DNA from: Penicillus capitatus
Lineage: Eukaryota; Plantae; Chlorophyta
DNA: 64,000 nucleotides
NCBI GenBank assembly: GCA_965649825.1
Contig: OZ287703.1
Coordinates: forward strand, 186,001 to 250,000
Reading direction: 5' to 3'
A model generated the notes under the pieces. The model did not search any database. It saw only the letters and a list, made by a program, of their open reading frames with translations, and was not told the DNA's origin. This document shows, piece after piece, positions 1-14,540 of this stretch. Position numbers and translations under genes: made by a program. How positions within the stretch are numbered: the first letter of the stretch is position 1; the number at the start of each line of letters is the position of its first letter.

Positions 1-2
1 AA

Positions 3-146
3 GAGGGTGACGTCGCCGATCTCTGTCGAAAAGCCGATCTGCACGTTGCGTCGTTTCTCGAGTCCAATCCATCATTCGACGTGCCAGATCTCGAATCGGT
101 GGAGGCTTTCTTAGCCAAGTCTGGATTTTCGACTGTGCCCATCTGA
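3..146 (+). CDS. 3' end of an upstream gene (partial, unknown product)
   Basis: Frame 3 is open from the window edge (EGDVADLCRK...GFSTVP) to TGA at 144-146; no motif recognised. Confidence 0.35.
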   Translation, partial: EGDVADLCRKADLHVASFLESNPSFDVPDLESVEAFLAKSGFSTVPI

Positions 147-217
147 TACGGCCCGTCACCCAGAGCAATACCTTCGCATCACGCTCGTTTAAACACAGAA
201 TCGATGCCATCATCATC

Positions 218-1643
218 ATGATTCGAACGCGAAACCTTATGGATCTGAAACGGTACAACACGCGAAGCTCGACGTTTCTTGACACCTCGACGCCTTTTAC
301 CCTCAAGTCGGCCGCCGATCGCCGTCCATCGCTCTCGACGAAAGGCTCTTCCGGCTGAACAGGGAACGGTTAAAAGTACTTGTGCTCGGCGTGACCGTCA
401 TCCCCCGCTTCGTCTTGGCATTTGTCGCTCTCTGCTTGTTTGCGCTGGTCAGTGGCATCGCGACCTTTCGATGGTATGTATGTACGTACGTGTGGCGGCT
501 TGGAGGCGATGGGTTTGCGATGTAGTCCAGAGAATCAGCCACTCAAGGGGTGGCGGCGGTGCCTCATGGGCGTCTGTCCTTACTTTTGCCTCACCGTCGT
601 CTTTCTGATGGGCTTCGTTGTGAAGATCAAAGGATGGAGCAATTATAAACGGGCAGTGAAGGAAGGCGTCAACGTCGGTCGACACTCCTCACCTGTCACA
701 TCATCTCACACGTGTGATGCTAGATCGCTGTTTTCAATCACGTCTCCTATGCCGATGCCTTTGTCCTCGTCGGTCTGATGGGATGCTCAGGTCAGCGCCG
801 ATGATGTGACAGGCATCGATATCGATAGGGCGCTGCGTTTGTAGGCGTATCGAAAGAGAGCAACAAGAAACTGCCTATCTTAGGAACCTGTATCAAGGGA
901 CTGCAAAACATCTACCTTCCAGATCGTCGGCAGATTATCCAAAAGAAAAACGGAGAGCCGTCGGAGGCGAAACGATCCGATAGCGTCTCCGCTCAGATCG
1001 CTCAAAGGTCACCATCACAGCTGTCACATCATTTCCGAATGCCGGAGCGGATCATACAGGGCGAAAGATCGACGGTACCCCATAATAGCCCTGGCACCAG
1101 AAGGAACGTGTGGAAGCGGTTATTCATTATTGGAGTTCAGAACGGGAGCATTTGTGGCCGGGGAGCCCGTGCTGCCCGTCACGCTCAAATACGACGCCAC
1201 CAATATCAATCCGGCGTGGACCATCATCAACGAGCCCCTTCATCTCGTACACCGACCCACACCATCTCACACCTCTCATTGTATGATCTATGTGATCCAG
1301 CTTCGTCTGCTCTGCCAGTTTCGTAATCGTGTCGAAGTGACCTTCCTCGAGCCGTACTACCCAACCGACGCCGAGAAGTACGACGCGACGATCTATGCAG
1401 AAGACGTCCGTATGGTCATGGTACAGACGGCAATCATCACAGTCGTCCTGGCAATGCGTGTCGATGTAGGGTAGAGCATTGGGTGTGCCTCTCGTACGCG
1501 AGAACTACAATCATTTCCATGCGCTGTCGAAGCTCGGGGTGCGTGTCGCCTGGGATGGCAAGACGATCGAGGGCCCGCCCGGCGTCATCGATGCCGATGG
1601 GTATGTCGATTTGACACCAATTCTTGACAAAAAGTCTTCTTAA
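218..1643 (+). CDS. Lysophospholipid acyltransferase (LPCAT/LPEAT-like, PlsC family), multi-exon
   Basis: Exon translations give a TM helix PRFVLAFVALCLFALVSG, motif I NHVSYAD (~736-756), motif III APEGTCG (~1094-1114) and FRTGAFVAGEPVLPV, separated by short GT-AG introns. Stop TAA at 1641-1643; start is ATG 218 or 239. Confidence 0.85.
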
Positions 1644-1695
1644 ATGCTTGCAAGATGCACGTCCGTTTGCCCATCGCTGTCACATCACGATGTCC

Positions 1696-4655
1696 TCAAC
1701 GCGCAAAGTTCGGTCCACGATTCTGGATGCCCAAACCCGGAACGCCCGTCGGTTTAGAATCGGCACGGGCATCGGCGTGCGATGCCGGAGCGTAGACCAC
1801 GACAGAGCGACTGGGAGCGTAGACAAAGAAAGAGTGAGGTCGATGATCATGTTGCTCATCTCCCGCTGCGAAACTCGTGTTGTAATCCTTCGAGACATTG
1901 TTGTAGCCACCGAACACCGGCTCATCACTCGACAACACGATCTTATACGGCCCCTCTCCTATGCAGCCAATCTTATAATCCGTAAACGACTGAGTGGGAT
2001 GGAAATTGAACACGAAGACCAATTCCCCACGCTCACACACGATCACCTTATCCCCTAAACGACATCACCTATGATGTGCGTGTGACCTTGTTCGGTGTCC
2101 TGACCTTCGTCTTGGCGGCTGACGTATTGATGGTCGGAATTGGTGAAGCCGAAAGCTTTGTCCAGGTGATTGATGGCACGATCGAAGGCGTTCATGAACT
2201 TGTACTTGAGTCCCTCGTTGTCGGCCAGATCCCAACGCCTTCTGCATTTGTCCAGGCTGCCTTTGTTGCCAGGGACAAACATCCCCGTCGATGGATCGGT
2301 AAAATCATCTCTCGGAAAATCGATCCATTCCGGATGGCCGAATTCATTGCCCATGAAATTGAGGTAGCCTTCGCCGCCCAACGTCATCGTAATCAGACGG
2401 ATCATCTTGTGCAGGGCAATGCCACGATCCACGATCATACTGTGCGCATCGACAGACATGCAATCGTACATGTCTTTATCCATCAGCCAGAAAGCAATGG
2501 TCTTGTCGCCCACCAAAGCCTGATCGTGCGATTCCGCATAGCCAATGCACCCTTCGTTCTGACGTCTGTTCGTGAGCGTGTAGATAATGTTGCCCATATT
2601 CCACGCAAAATCATCGTGCATGCCTAACACTTCGATCCACTTGTCGGCGATGGCCATGTTGAGACGGTAATCGAATCCGACGCCGTTTTCTTGCCACGGA
2701 CGGCAGAAGGTCGGCATTCCGGAAACGTCTTCTCCAATGGTGATGCAGTTGGGAAAGAGATCGTGCAGAAGATGATTGACCAACATCAGGTAGACCACGG
2801 CATCTGTGTCGGTGGCAAAGCCAAAGTATTCACTGTACTGACCGGAGAACGACATCTGTAGCCCGTGATGATGGTACATCATGGACGTCACTCCATCGAA
2901 ACGATAACCGTCGAATTTGTACTCATCGATCCACCAACGCGAATTGGACAGCAGAAATCTCAACGTCTCCCAATTCCCTACCCGCACACCATCACACTTG
3001 GGAGCGATGGCAGGTGGGACGGACCATAATTGAAGAGGCGGCTGTCCCAGACGAAGTGATAACCGCGGCCGCCTGAGTGGAAATATTGTGAATCGGTGCC
3101 GTCGAACATGTTGAGGCCGTCCATGACGTTCTTGGAGGCATGAGAATGGACGACATCCATCAGCACGACCAATCCCAATCGATGGGCCTCATCAATCATC
3201 GCCTTGAGCTCATCCGGCGTTCCGCAGCGACTGCTGGGGGCAAAGAAATTGGTCACGTGGTATCCGAAGCTCCCGTAATAGGCATGCTCCTGAATGGCCA
3301 TGATCTGGATGGCATTGTAACCGAGTTTGCGAATTCTGGGCAGCATCTGTTCTCTGAACTCGAGATAGCTGTTCACTTTGGGCTCCTGACTCGACATCCC
3401 CACGTGACACTCGTAGATGCGTAGATGGCGTGGGCGATCTGGGCGTGGATATTTGAATGTGTACTTCTTCTCTGGATGCACCTCTCCTGGAGCGCCCACC
3501 TCGGGTGGATCCCAATACACACCATTGTACTGCACTTCGTTCCATTCCTGCGTCGCCCATTTGATCCAGGCCGGAATACGCTCCGCCCATTCTCCATAGC
3601 ACGTCTCCAATCGACACTTCACCTTCGTCCTAACGCATCGACCCGCTATGAAGCGCCAGCCATGTGTGAGAAAAAGTGTGAGACCGGTGGGGAATGGCGG
3701 GTGTGCCGTCCTCCTTGTCCGGCAGAAACAGTTGCCACACACCAAAGTCATTTTTCATAGCCCAGTGATTGTTCTCTGCCTGCCAGTTATTGAACTCCCC
3801 GACCAAACACAACGCCTGAACGAACGCACAGCTTTTCGAACGCGCCGCACAGTTCGCATTAGGCCTACTCTGGCAGACGGTGCCCATTCTCTATACCAAA
3901 TACCTTTCTTCCCTTCATTTTCTCCGCGATTGAATCCCATGTAGTTGTACCCTATCTCACTCAAAAGAGTGAGAAAGGCAATGCTGCAAAGCATGACCTT
4001 GTGAAAAGACTTCCATCCCTTTCTCATTCGCATCTACTGCTTGACGGATGTTGCGAAACACATCCCATCGAAACTTGAAGTGATCTTGGTGATCCCAAAG
4101 CATCTGATCCAGACGCATCACTTCTGTCCCGTTGTGTTCAGGCACAGGCGAGATCTTGCCGTAGACATCTTTGTATCCCGCTTCTGCGCCTGCACCAAAA
4201 TCCATAACACGCATAATAATCATATATGTATGGATGATGGATGGCGTCATGCCTTCGACGGCAGGCGACCAGTAATCTTCAGGCGTTTCTGCCTCGACGG
4301 CGGTCTCCGTTTCGTCGTCCGCCTCCCCTTCGCCCTTGGAAGTCTCTTTTTCTTCCTCTTCTCCTTTGAGTAGAACTTTGTTTTTTTGGGCGACTTCGAG
4401 TGGTGTGGTCTTGTCTTCAGAGGCAGCGCAGATCTTGAGACGGCGCACTTTCAATACCGCCCTTGTGCCTAAACGCCACACGTTTGAGATCGCCGAGTGT
4501 CGGGAATGGCAACGTGTCGAGTCACGTGTGAGGACGAGTCTTCGGCTCAAGCGACGTCGACGGCTTTCGCACGACAGGACACGTCGACGGAGAACGGGAA
4601 GGGCGGGACGCTGTCCGACTGGAAGCGAACAAGAGGATAGCAGCCGTTGCGCCAT
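1696..4655 (-). CDS. SBE2: Starch branching enzyme (GH13, SBEII-like) with plastid transit peptide, multi-exon
   Basis: Motifs [58 protein letters not shown] and [14 protein letters not shown]; Arg/Ser-rich N-terminus from MAQRLLSS at 4655. Confidence 0.95.
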
Positions 4656-4912
4656 TTTTAGACAACGGTGGATAAGGCCTTCGTCGATTTTCAAGGAACG
4701 CACGTACCAACAAGGACGCTGCAATGATGTGACGGATGATGTACTGGCCCGCTGAGTCCGTCAACCGCTGAATCCGACTGTACGTGCACCAACTCGCGGT
4801 ATCGTTCGTGTAAATTAATTCTGAATTTCTGCTCTGGTTCCACAAAAGCAAGGACCAAGTGAAGATTCACGGGTGGGATACACGACGTAGACTTTAAAAT
4901 ACTGCGCATGCT

Positions 4913-7279
4913 ATGGGTGCCTATTTGAGCCAACCCATCACAGACAAGGTTGTACCGACTGCATAGACCGCGTGTTCGTGAGGTGTGCGGTGCAGGAACT
5001 CGAGGTCGGCGAGAATGAAACACTCGAATTCGCCGTTGCCGCGATGCAGGGATGGCGAACTGAAATGGTAACTCCGGTTGAGTCGTCTTCCGTATGATGG
5101 TGCTGAACCATGTCTGCAGGAAGATGCGCATGTCTGTGTATTGGATATTGCGGAGAGAACATCGATCTTCGGCGTCTTTGACGGACATGGCGGAAAAGAA
5201 GTGGCGAAATTCGTCGCCCTCCATATCGTTCGTCCGTTGTCTGTTGGGATGCGTGTCGGAATGGCAACGTGTAGGTCGAGGAGCTGTTGGCGGCGAAGAG
5301 CTTTGAGATGGCAAACATGTCGGGTAGCTTGAAACAGGCGTATATGTCTCTCGACGCCATGATACGATCGGAGACGTCACGGACCGAGCTGCTTCGATTG
5401 AGTGCCTGCCAGAAGACGGAGGAAGAGAAATCGCTAGAGTAGGCGGCGGCTGTATCGTGAAGGATGGCGCTGACGCAGACGGTATCTCTGTGCACGTAGG
5501 AGGGTGATTGATATGGATCATCTTCCGGCGCTTTTGAGAGAGGCCATCACGGCTTCGCGTTTCGACGGAGACGATGACGAGGATCGACAGGATGATGACG
5601 ACTCGGATGTTTCGGAGGACGAAACAGGAAACGGCGATAGCAGCAGTGAAGACGATGGCGACGAAGGGCGAAGAAACCACATCGGATCGTATCCCATCGT
5701 CCTGAGCGATTCCTCAAGCGGAAGCGATTCGGAAACGGAAGAGGTTCCGCAACATCACCATCATCATCCACAGAACGAAGTGCCGAACCCATATCAACGA
5801 TCGCCCACGCTGATGGCGGCGCCTGTGGCGGCGGCGTTGTTTAGATCTCTTGCTCTCCAGATGAGGGATGCTCCCAGATCGTCGTCGTCAATATTGGCGA
5901 AACAGAATCTCTTGTGCCACTTGAGCCAAAGGCCGTCTCACAAGACCCCGTTCGGGAACCTGTGCAGAATATCCATATTCCTGGCGAGTCATCTACCGTG
6001 TTCATAGCCTCAGACAGCACAGATAGTACAGAATGTCGATTCTATGACGAGGCAGGAGGAGTCGTGGCAGAAGAAGCCACGCCTGTGTCGACCGATACCC
6101 CGACCGCCAAAGGCGCAATATGTTCCTCGATTGAGAAAAATGAGAGGCGCTCTGGCGATTGCGTTTTCGACAAAAATATCAACGAAAACCACAACCATGA
6201 CTGCAAGTCTAGCTTCATTGGCAATCAAGATACTACAACAACGTCAATCGCAAAACGGGTTTGTCATCGCTCTCACTCTTCTGTCACGCTTCGTCGTACG
6301 GTTTGCTGTGTAGTTGTGCGAGAAACCTGATCAACGATCGACGTCGTTGTTTGGTGGACTTCTGTCTTTTGTGTGTCCCTTTCCTTGTCTACGATCCCCA
6401 ATGATCTTGCCAGAGGAGAGACCCACGAAGATCGTGTCCTGTAGTCCAACCTATTCATCGCACTCGTCGGCATCAAGTTCCTTTGACGCTGCCCCCACTG
6501 TCGAGAAGAAGACGGTTGTGCACGATGCAGACTCCTTCCCGCCCGTCGAGAATCTCTGCACCGACGAAACGGAGGAGCACATTAGCCAGGCAAACGAAGA
6601 TGCGATCGATGAAGAGCAACATCATGGAAGCAGAAAAGAAAAGGAAGACATCAATGGACGAGATGGTAGGCATCGCATCTATCCCCATATGTGATCTGAT
6701 ACGTGCTGTGGCGGCTGGACAGTGACGGTGGCGGGATGCACCGCTGTGGTGGCGGTTATCGAAGGAGAGACGTTGTATGTTGCCAATGCAGGAGACTCGC
6801 GTTGTGTCCTGTGCCATGATGGCATTGCTCTCCCCATGTCCCGTGATCACAAGCCGACGGATCCCGATGAGTACATGCGGATTAAGAGGGCCGGAGGGTT
6901 TGTCTCAGATGGCCGTGTCAACGGCTGCCTCAATCTCTCTCGTGCTCTCGGAGATATGGAATACAAAAGAACGCCGAATTTGTCACCAGAGGAGTATATG
7001 ATTACAGCCAATCCGGATATCAAGTCCATGGATCTGCAGACTGGAGATCAGTTTCTTATTCTGGCATGCGATGGCATCTGGGATGTCCTTTCCGATCAGG
7101 AAGCGTGCGATTTTGTTCTCTCTCGTCTTCGACAGAAACAACCTTTAGCGAAGATTTCGTCAGATCTCTGTGATTTTTGCCTTGCAGAAGATGCCGAAGG
7201 CTCCGGAGAGGGATGCGATAACATGACTGCAATGATTGTTCTATTCAGGGACAGCGCTGTGGGCTATTGCAGTCCATAG
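4913..7279 (+). CDS. PPM1G: Protein phosphatase 2C, PPM1G-like (N-terminal MGAYLSQP, long acidic insertion)
   Basis: MGAYLSQPITDK at 4913, EDAH, FGVFDGHGG, an acidic D/E/S insert (~5560-5750), then GCTAVV, ANAGDSRCV, DHKP, LNLSRALGD, LACDGIWDV and GCDNMT. Confidence 0.9.
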
Positions 7280-8159
7280 TCAACACGGAACATCTATGAT
7301 GCGACACTTGGATCACCACAACTACCACTCCTGGCGACACTCAGACGTTTCATCCATCTATCAGACAGAATTCAGCGCTGTTCGTTTGCTATCTATCTAC
7401 CCACCCTATCCACATTCGACCTCCCTTGGCTGGCTAAGATCATCGTGTCCCCAGTCATCGTTGTTGTTGTTGTTCTTCGTTATCGTGCTGTGTATGGCAC
7501 ATCAGAAGTGATTTCCCCTTACCGTCTTGGCCCATCAGTACACTGTGTCTTTTTGTACGTTGCCTTCGGTGAGTGCTTCCAATAATACTCCCACGGACAT
7601 CACCTCTCTCAGTGGAGGCTATCCTGTGGAGACGATTCTTTATGTAACCGCTTTTGAGTAAAGAATTCGATTTTATAGTTGCCGGAGATTCACACGCGTT
7701 GTTACTAACGGGTAGAGTATTTGCGTTAGTTATCTAGTGCTCTTGTTGTCATCATAGTCGTTCGACATGCATTGGAGAATGAATTGGGTGATTATGTGCT
7801 GTTCTTCTTCCCCGATGCAAATTTTTCAGACATCTCCATCGTCCTCCATCCATCACCCAGCAACCAACCCATCGATCAATGCTGTGTCGTTGTTGCTTGT
7901 ATTGTTTGTTGATAAAGTCTCACGGAAAAATCGATCGTCGGATCTGGAAATAAAAGCTGAAACTCTATTCGAGCTGCTCTGAGTCTTTGAAATGTACTCC
8001 GTTGTCATCTTGATACCAAAATCCGTTCAAAATCAAGACCACGTTTAATTTGAGTGGATAAGTGTGTGTATGCACTCGGGTGTCCAAAGTGGGAACATTC
8101 TGACAGAAGGCACTTAGAGGTCGCCACAGTGTAACCTGAAACCAAAGGATTTCATTGCT

Positions 8160-9992
8160 TCAGCGCACAGCGGCATCCTGCAGGGAGGATAGATCGAGTG
8201 GCAGATCGGCGCACTGTTGATCGAAGAAGTGCAGCAATTCTCTGGCCGTCTGTGCCAGACCCCCCTCGATCTCCGATTCGATATTGAGAACGCAGAGGGG
8301 ATCGTGAATGGATGGACGCAAGAGACACCAGCCTCTCTTCCCATTCCCTTCCTTCACCTGTACACGCCATCCTTCGTAATTCTCCCTCTCCATTGTCCAT
8401 CGCTCCATCGCACCGGACTGCACGAAATCATGAAAGCGCTGCGTGGCCATGGTAGCGATCTCTTTGAAATGGACGTCCTGTGGAGAACAGTGTGTGTGAG
8501 TTGTAGTGAAGAGGGGAAGGGGAGAGCCTAACTTGGATGCGAATACGGAACTCTTGTGCCTCGAGGGGCTCGGGCAACAATTCGATCAGATCCTTGATGC
8601 TGCCCTGTCCTTGCTGTCTGCGTCGAACCATTTCTACGACGATCTTCAGCGACATGTATGCGCCATCGTCCAGAAAGTAATTTTCTTTCAATGCTCCGTG
8701 TCCACTCGTCTCCATCATCAATTCACAGTTCTGGCCTTGGCGATTCAATTCGATGCCTTTGCCGATGACGTTTTTGTAGCCACGTTTGTAACGAAAGTGC
8801 CGTCCACCCAGATCTTCGATAAACTGTGTGAGGCCGTTGGATGTGACGGAGTCCGTGACGATCGTAGTTCCTGGATGCTCGCGAAGGACGATGGCGGACA
8901 TGAGGGCGATCATGCGATTGCTGTTGATACTGACGCCGGATGCGTCGACGACGCCGCTCCGATCGACGTCGGTATCGTAGACGATACCCAGATCGGCGCC
9001 CGATTTCAGCACGGCGTCGATGCCGGCGGCCGCCGCTTCGGGATCCTCAGGATTGGGAATGTGATTCGGAAATCGGCCGTCCGGTTGCAGAAACTGACTG
9101 CCTGTCACATCAGCGCCAAGTGGCGCAAGCACATCGATCGGCACGAAACCACCAGCGCCGTTTCCTGCATCGACGGCGATCTTGAATCCGTCGAGGGGAC
9201 GTTCGCGATCTGTATCGAGAGATCGGCGAATGATCGAACGTAGATGGGATGCGTAGACAGGCATGAAGTCGATCGTCTCGATCAATCCCGGCGTCACCGC
9301 CATCGCCTTGCCCAACAGTAAACTCGTACACTGCATCGCATCCTCTACAGCAAGATCGGACATATCCTTCATGTCGACAAAGGGCACGCGCACCTAGATC
9401 GATGCCAGCGTCGATGCATGCTTTACTGCTACGTTGGAGGATGTTTTTGATGTCCGGTTTGTCCAATCCTCCTGTCCCATCGAAGAATTTCATACCGTTG
9501 CGATTGAACGGAAGATGCGAGGCCGTGAGCATGATGGCACCATCGAAACGGTAATCGTCCATGATGCAGCTCATGAACATAGCCGGCGTCGATGACAGAC
9601 CAAAATCTGCCACATGAACGCCTTGTGATGTTAATCCCAGTGTCACGGATGTTTTTACCAGTTCCCCTGAAAGCCACGACCCATTGTTGACACTCTAATA
9701 CTGCGATTAACCTGATAGTCGCGGATCGCGTCCGATCGAGATGCGCAGATCCGATGGCGATGTATGCGTTCGATCGGACAGCCACTGAACGAAACCGATC
9801 GATATGAAGTAAAGACGAATGGGCGTCAGTGTGATCGCTTCATCGGAGATTCCTAAAAATCGATCGATCCATCAAGGGTTTCGTGAAAGGAAAGAGATGG
9901 TGGGGCCGACCTTCCATGGCAATGCCACGGACATCGCTTCCTTGTTGCAAATCGCCAAACGTTTTCTCGATCGCTTTACCATCGACCGTCAT
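8160..9992 (-). CDS. Phosphoglucomutase/phosphomannomutase family (alpha-D-phosphohexomutase), multi-exon
   Basis: LQQGSDVRGIA, catalytic-serine motif MLTASHLPFNRNG, metal loop DTDVDRSG, YKRGYKNVI and METSGHGA. The 5' end is uncertain and may extend to ~10110. Confidence 0.9.
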
Positions 9993-10179
9993 CGTCACTC
10001 GCGATGGGGCAGCTGCCTGTCGATGCGTCGTGTTTGATGGTCTCCGATGACGGCCGGGACCTGTAAACCGCGTCGATTGTGCCGTGTGCCTTACATGTGG
10101 TTACGCATAGACGTCACGCGTCTTGGCTGGAAGGCAAAACGATGGGGAGATACCCGCAGATGAATCGTCATCATCCAAA

Positions 10180-11169
10180 ATGTCTAAGATCGCTTCGCCG
10201 CTGCCTCGACGGATCACGCGTCTGCCGAGATGTCAAGCGATCAAGAGCGTAAAGACCGATCGAACGTACCAACATTTAGCGAAACGCGTCGCTGTGCAGG
10301 TCGAAGCATCCCAACGCGAAGTTCTGCAATGCTTGGAAAGAGTACCCCGTCGAGGACAGGGAGGATTGGACACGGAATCGAAGCGACGGTTTGAATCTGC
10401 CGTGGAAGTACTGGAAGAGGACGGCGGTTTGCCGGTAAGGCATTCGACGCCTGTCACATCATAAACACAATGAGACAGTGATGTTTAGTGCCCGGCATCG
10501 TCTGAATTACTGATCGGCTGCTGGAAACTGTTGTTTACCTCGGTCCCTGGGACAGAGTCCCCCATACAGAAGACGTTCACTGGGATCGATGCTTTCAACA
10601 TCTATCAAGACATCGTGGACGATGCACTGCAGATTCGGCTCGTGAATCGAGTGGATTTTGGCCCACGGGTTCAGTCACTTCCCCCATGGTTCGGTTTCTA
10701 TAAGGGAGGTACTTGTATAGATCGGCGAGCTAAAAGTGGAGGCGGAGGTTAGTACCCAGAATCGTCCGATCCCTGGTTTTGTACCTCGTCAAGGCGAAGG
10801 ACTGCCGTTTTTCGGCAAAACCATTCTAAAACCGCCGCCTAGAGATGTCTCCCCGACACCATGATGTGACGGACCGCTTGACGAGAGGTGTTGTTGACAG
10901 GACTGCCGATTGGACATTTGGTTTGATCAAGGCGCATTCGACTTCGCCTTTCTCCCCTTCAAGATTCCTTATCCCGTTCCTTTCCGACTCTTCGGAGACG
11001 AAACAAAAGTACGACACCACAGAGAATACCATACCCTTGACTGAAGGCTGCACCCCAGGCCTGGTTTGATGTGACCTATCTCTCCAGAGACGGCACTTTT
11101 CGATTGACCCGTGGCAGCAAAGGAACACTCTTCGTTCTCACCAAAGAAAAAAGTGAAAAGACATCATGA
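10180..11169 (+). CDS. PAP/fibrillin plastid-lipid-associated protein, multi-exon
   Basis: Transit-like N-terminus, GCWKLLFTS, FDQGAFDFAFLPFKIPYPVPFRLFGDETK and WFDVTYLS...RLTRGSKGTLFVL; stop TGA at 11167-11169. Confidence 0.88.
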
Positions 11170-11211
11170 TGTGACAGCCATTCAGCAAAGCCAGACACCA
11201 TCGTATCTCCC

Positions 11212-14075
11212 TCAGAAGAGACGCTCTTCATCCATCGAGATCTTTTCGGATGTCGCAATAAGGACGATGCATGAGTGTGCGAGCATGGGATAGAGATTCT
11301 GTGCAATCCAGGGGGCTTTGAATGATTTTGCCAGTGTTGCTGTCTCCTGATCCAAGGCATCGTCCGAGAGGAGCATGTCAAAGGGCGCCTCTACGCCGGT
11401 ATCGACCACAATCTCCCATTCCTTCCCCTCCAACACCGGCAACTGAACGACGCGCGGGGTGTGACTGGAATTGAAGGCAATATAGATGCCGCTGTCATCA
11501 TCGGCATTGGAAATGGAATACGCAACAAAGCGACTCGTTTCAGACCAGTCCGGCTGATAGGGCACATCTCCATGCCACACGATCTCCTCTCCCGACACAT
11601 GCTCCCTTCTGCAAAACTCAGGTCGAGACAACCTAGACCATGCACTCGCACAGAGGCACACACTCGGTGGACTGACCTGAAACGCGTCAGGAGACGGATG
11701 AAGCGTATGAGATCGTTATCGTGTTTTGCAGCTTGATCCCAGTTGAACCAGTTGAGTGCGTCGTCATGACAGTAGGTATTATTGTTTCCTTCTTTGGAAT
11801 GGCCATATTCGTCGCCCATCACCATCATCGGCACCCCGTGCGACAGCAGCAATGCACAGAAGAAGTTTCGAATCTGACGGCGGCGGAGACGGTGGATGGC
11901 AGGATCGGTTGTGGCGCCTTCACGGCCAGAATTCCAACTCGAGTTGTGTGTCTCACCATCGCGATTCTCTTCGCCGTTAGCTTCGTTGTGTTTCTCATTG
12001 AATGAGACGAGATCTGCCAAGGAGAAGCCGTCGTGTGCCGTGACAAAGTTGATGGAATGCATCGGACCCCGTCCACCAGACCAACGCTTGCCACCATGCG
12101 TTCGCCACCAGTTGGACGAATCTTCGATGTCGTTGCTGTAGAGATCGGGCGATCCGCAGAGAACAGCGGCAAAGTCGCCAGCCCATGTCCCATCGGTGCC
12201 CTTAAGGAAGTTGCGCACCACGTCGCGGAAGTTTCCGTTCCATTCGGCCCAACGGCCACCGTAGTGCGGAAAAGCGCCAACTTGATTCAGTCCATCGCAG
12301 TCCCATGCCTCCGCGATCAGTTTGGTGTTCCGTAGCACCGGATCTTCGCTGATCATCGCAATGAGTGTCGGATCGGAGAGCGGTGTGCCAGTCGCGTCGC
12401 CAGCGCCGCCTTCCATGTGTCCCCTTCCGTCCACCACCGTATCCCCATGAATGCCCAATCGTGTTCCGCCCTCGCCAATCTCGCCCATGTGCCAAGTGGA
12501 ATGCGCACGCGTCATGATCGATGCCAGATCGAAACGAAATCCATCGATGTGCATCTCGGTAACCCAGTACTTTAGGGAATCCACAATGAACTGACGTACG
12601 ACTGGATGATTGCAGTTGAAGGTGTTGCCGCAGCCAGAGTAGTTATAGTATTCGCCTCCGGGAGCCAACATGTAATAGATGCGATTATCGATGCCACGAA
12701 ACGACAGCGATGGTCCTTGATGATTGCCCTCGGCTGTGTGATTGTAGACGACATCCATCACAATTTCCATCCCTCTCTTGTGACATTCGCGCACAAGTGT
12801 CTTGAATTCGGCAAGGAGGTCTTCTCCCGTGCCGCCTTCTGCCACAGCTGCACTGTAACGCGACATCGGAGCGAAGTAATTGACGGTGGAGTAGCCCCAA
12901 AAATTATAGCGATAGGAATTCTCTGTCCCCGGAATGCGTTTGTAGTACTCCAATTCGTTGAACTCGTGAACAGGCATGAGTTCGATGCAGTTGATGCCGA
13001 GTTTCTGAAGATAGTCCAGCCGCTCAATCATTCCACGATACGTTCCTAGATACAGACAGACATCTATGCAGTGATAACAGGCGACAGACATGCACACCAG
13101 GTGCCGAAACGCGACTCGAAGGGTCTTGAGTAAATCCCCTAACATGCATTTCGTAGATAACCAAATCCTGTAGCGGAATATTTGGCGGCCGATCGCCTTG
13201 CCAGTCAAATTCCGATTTTCCGGAGGGAACGCACGAGGCACAGAGCGACCAGGTACGGGAAAGACCCGGAGCCGTCGCATCGTCCAATTCCTGTCTGTAT
13301 GTTCGACAAGGCCAGGAGAGCGAATGGGATTAACGTACGGGTCCCAGTTCTCCAAATTTCCGTCGGCCGATGATGGTCGTGGCATAAGGATCGAGCAAGA
13401 CGACGCGATCATCGTGGCGATCGCCAGCCACATCTGCCCCATCCTCCACTTCTTCGTTCTTCTCTTGATGCCGTCCTCCGATGCGGTATCCTGTAGCAGT
13501 CAGCTGTCTTGTCAGGATGCATGTGATGTGACAGACCGTAGAGGAGCTTCCTTTTGTGAGCTCCGGGCAACGCAATGTGCCAGACATCGCCTGTGCGATT
13601 GTGCAGCGGATCTAATTCGATTTCCGTCTGCTGTGTCCCGCTCTCGAGATCTGTATCGGAGAAGAGCACAAGCGATACTCGTGCGGCACTGGAGCTGAAG
13701 ATCGCAAAGTTGACGGCACCCTACATGCATCCAGACAATGAATGATGTGACGTGAGATCCGTTGCGTGCCAGAGAGGCGTCGTAATGGGCCCCGAGGGGA
13801 CGGGGACGTCCACAGAGTGGAGATTCAAAGAGAGCATGAGCGTTCTGTCCCGAAGGCTCCGTCGCTTCGCGGTCCGAAAAAGGGACGAGACGTGGTGGAG
13901 GGGTAACAGCAGGTGCGACTTTCACCGTCTTTGGTGCCGTGGCACGAATGCAGACACGACGCCTGAGACGACCCGATGCGCCGCGCGTCGCGACAGAACG
14001 ACGCCGTTCGCGACGCGACGACGTTCGGCGAATCGACGGCGCGAGTCGAACAAATCTCGTCGTCGAGAAGATCAT
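11212..14075 (-). CDS. ISA1: Isoamylase 1 (starch debranching enzyme, GH13) with transit peptide, multi-exon
   Basis: [71 protein letters not shown] and NFVTAHDGF. Confidence 0.95.
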
Positions 14076-14540
14076 GTCGCCCGCTCTCGCCTCCGGCTAA
14101 AATGCCCCTTCCTTGGAGCAGAGACGATCGACATACGGCAACTTGTTTCTACGGTTGATCGGATACGCAGGACATACGGCGGATCACTGCATCTGTTACA
14201 ACTGGACAACGAGGCAGCTGTTACATCATAGTAAATTTCGCTCGAATCGTATCCGTGCCATCCATATATGCATGCACTTCTAAAGAGTGACTATGTGTTC
14301 GCAAGGTTGTTCAGAAAGGACAGCGTCGCTGGGGACGTAAATAAAGAGTTTTGTGTGGATCTAGGATCTGGACGGAAACTCACTTGTCGCCATTTTCATT
14401 CATTCTAATTTTGATGGACGCAACCGCGACGGAATTGAAGAATATTCTTCTGTTTTTACCGCCCTTTCCCTTACGTCCGTTGATTCCAGGTCTTTGTTGC
14501 CGTCGTCTGGTCGGTCGAGTGTGCGCACGTCGAACCAGAG

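Noticed and set aside
7460-7474. (GTT)5 microsatellite and nearby short ORFs in the PP2C-PGM gap
   Set aside because: Ordinary low-complexity 3' UTR or intergenic sequence with no coding signal.
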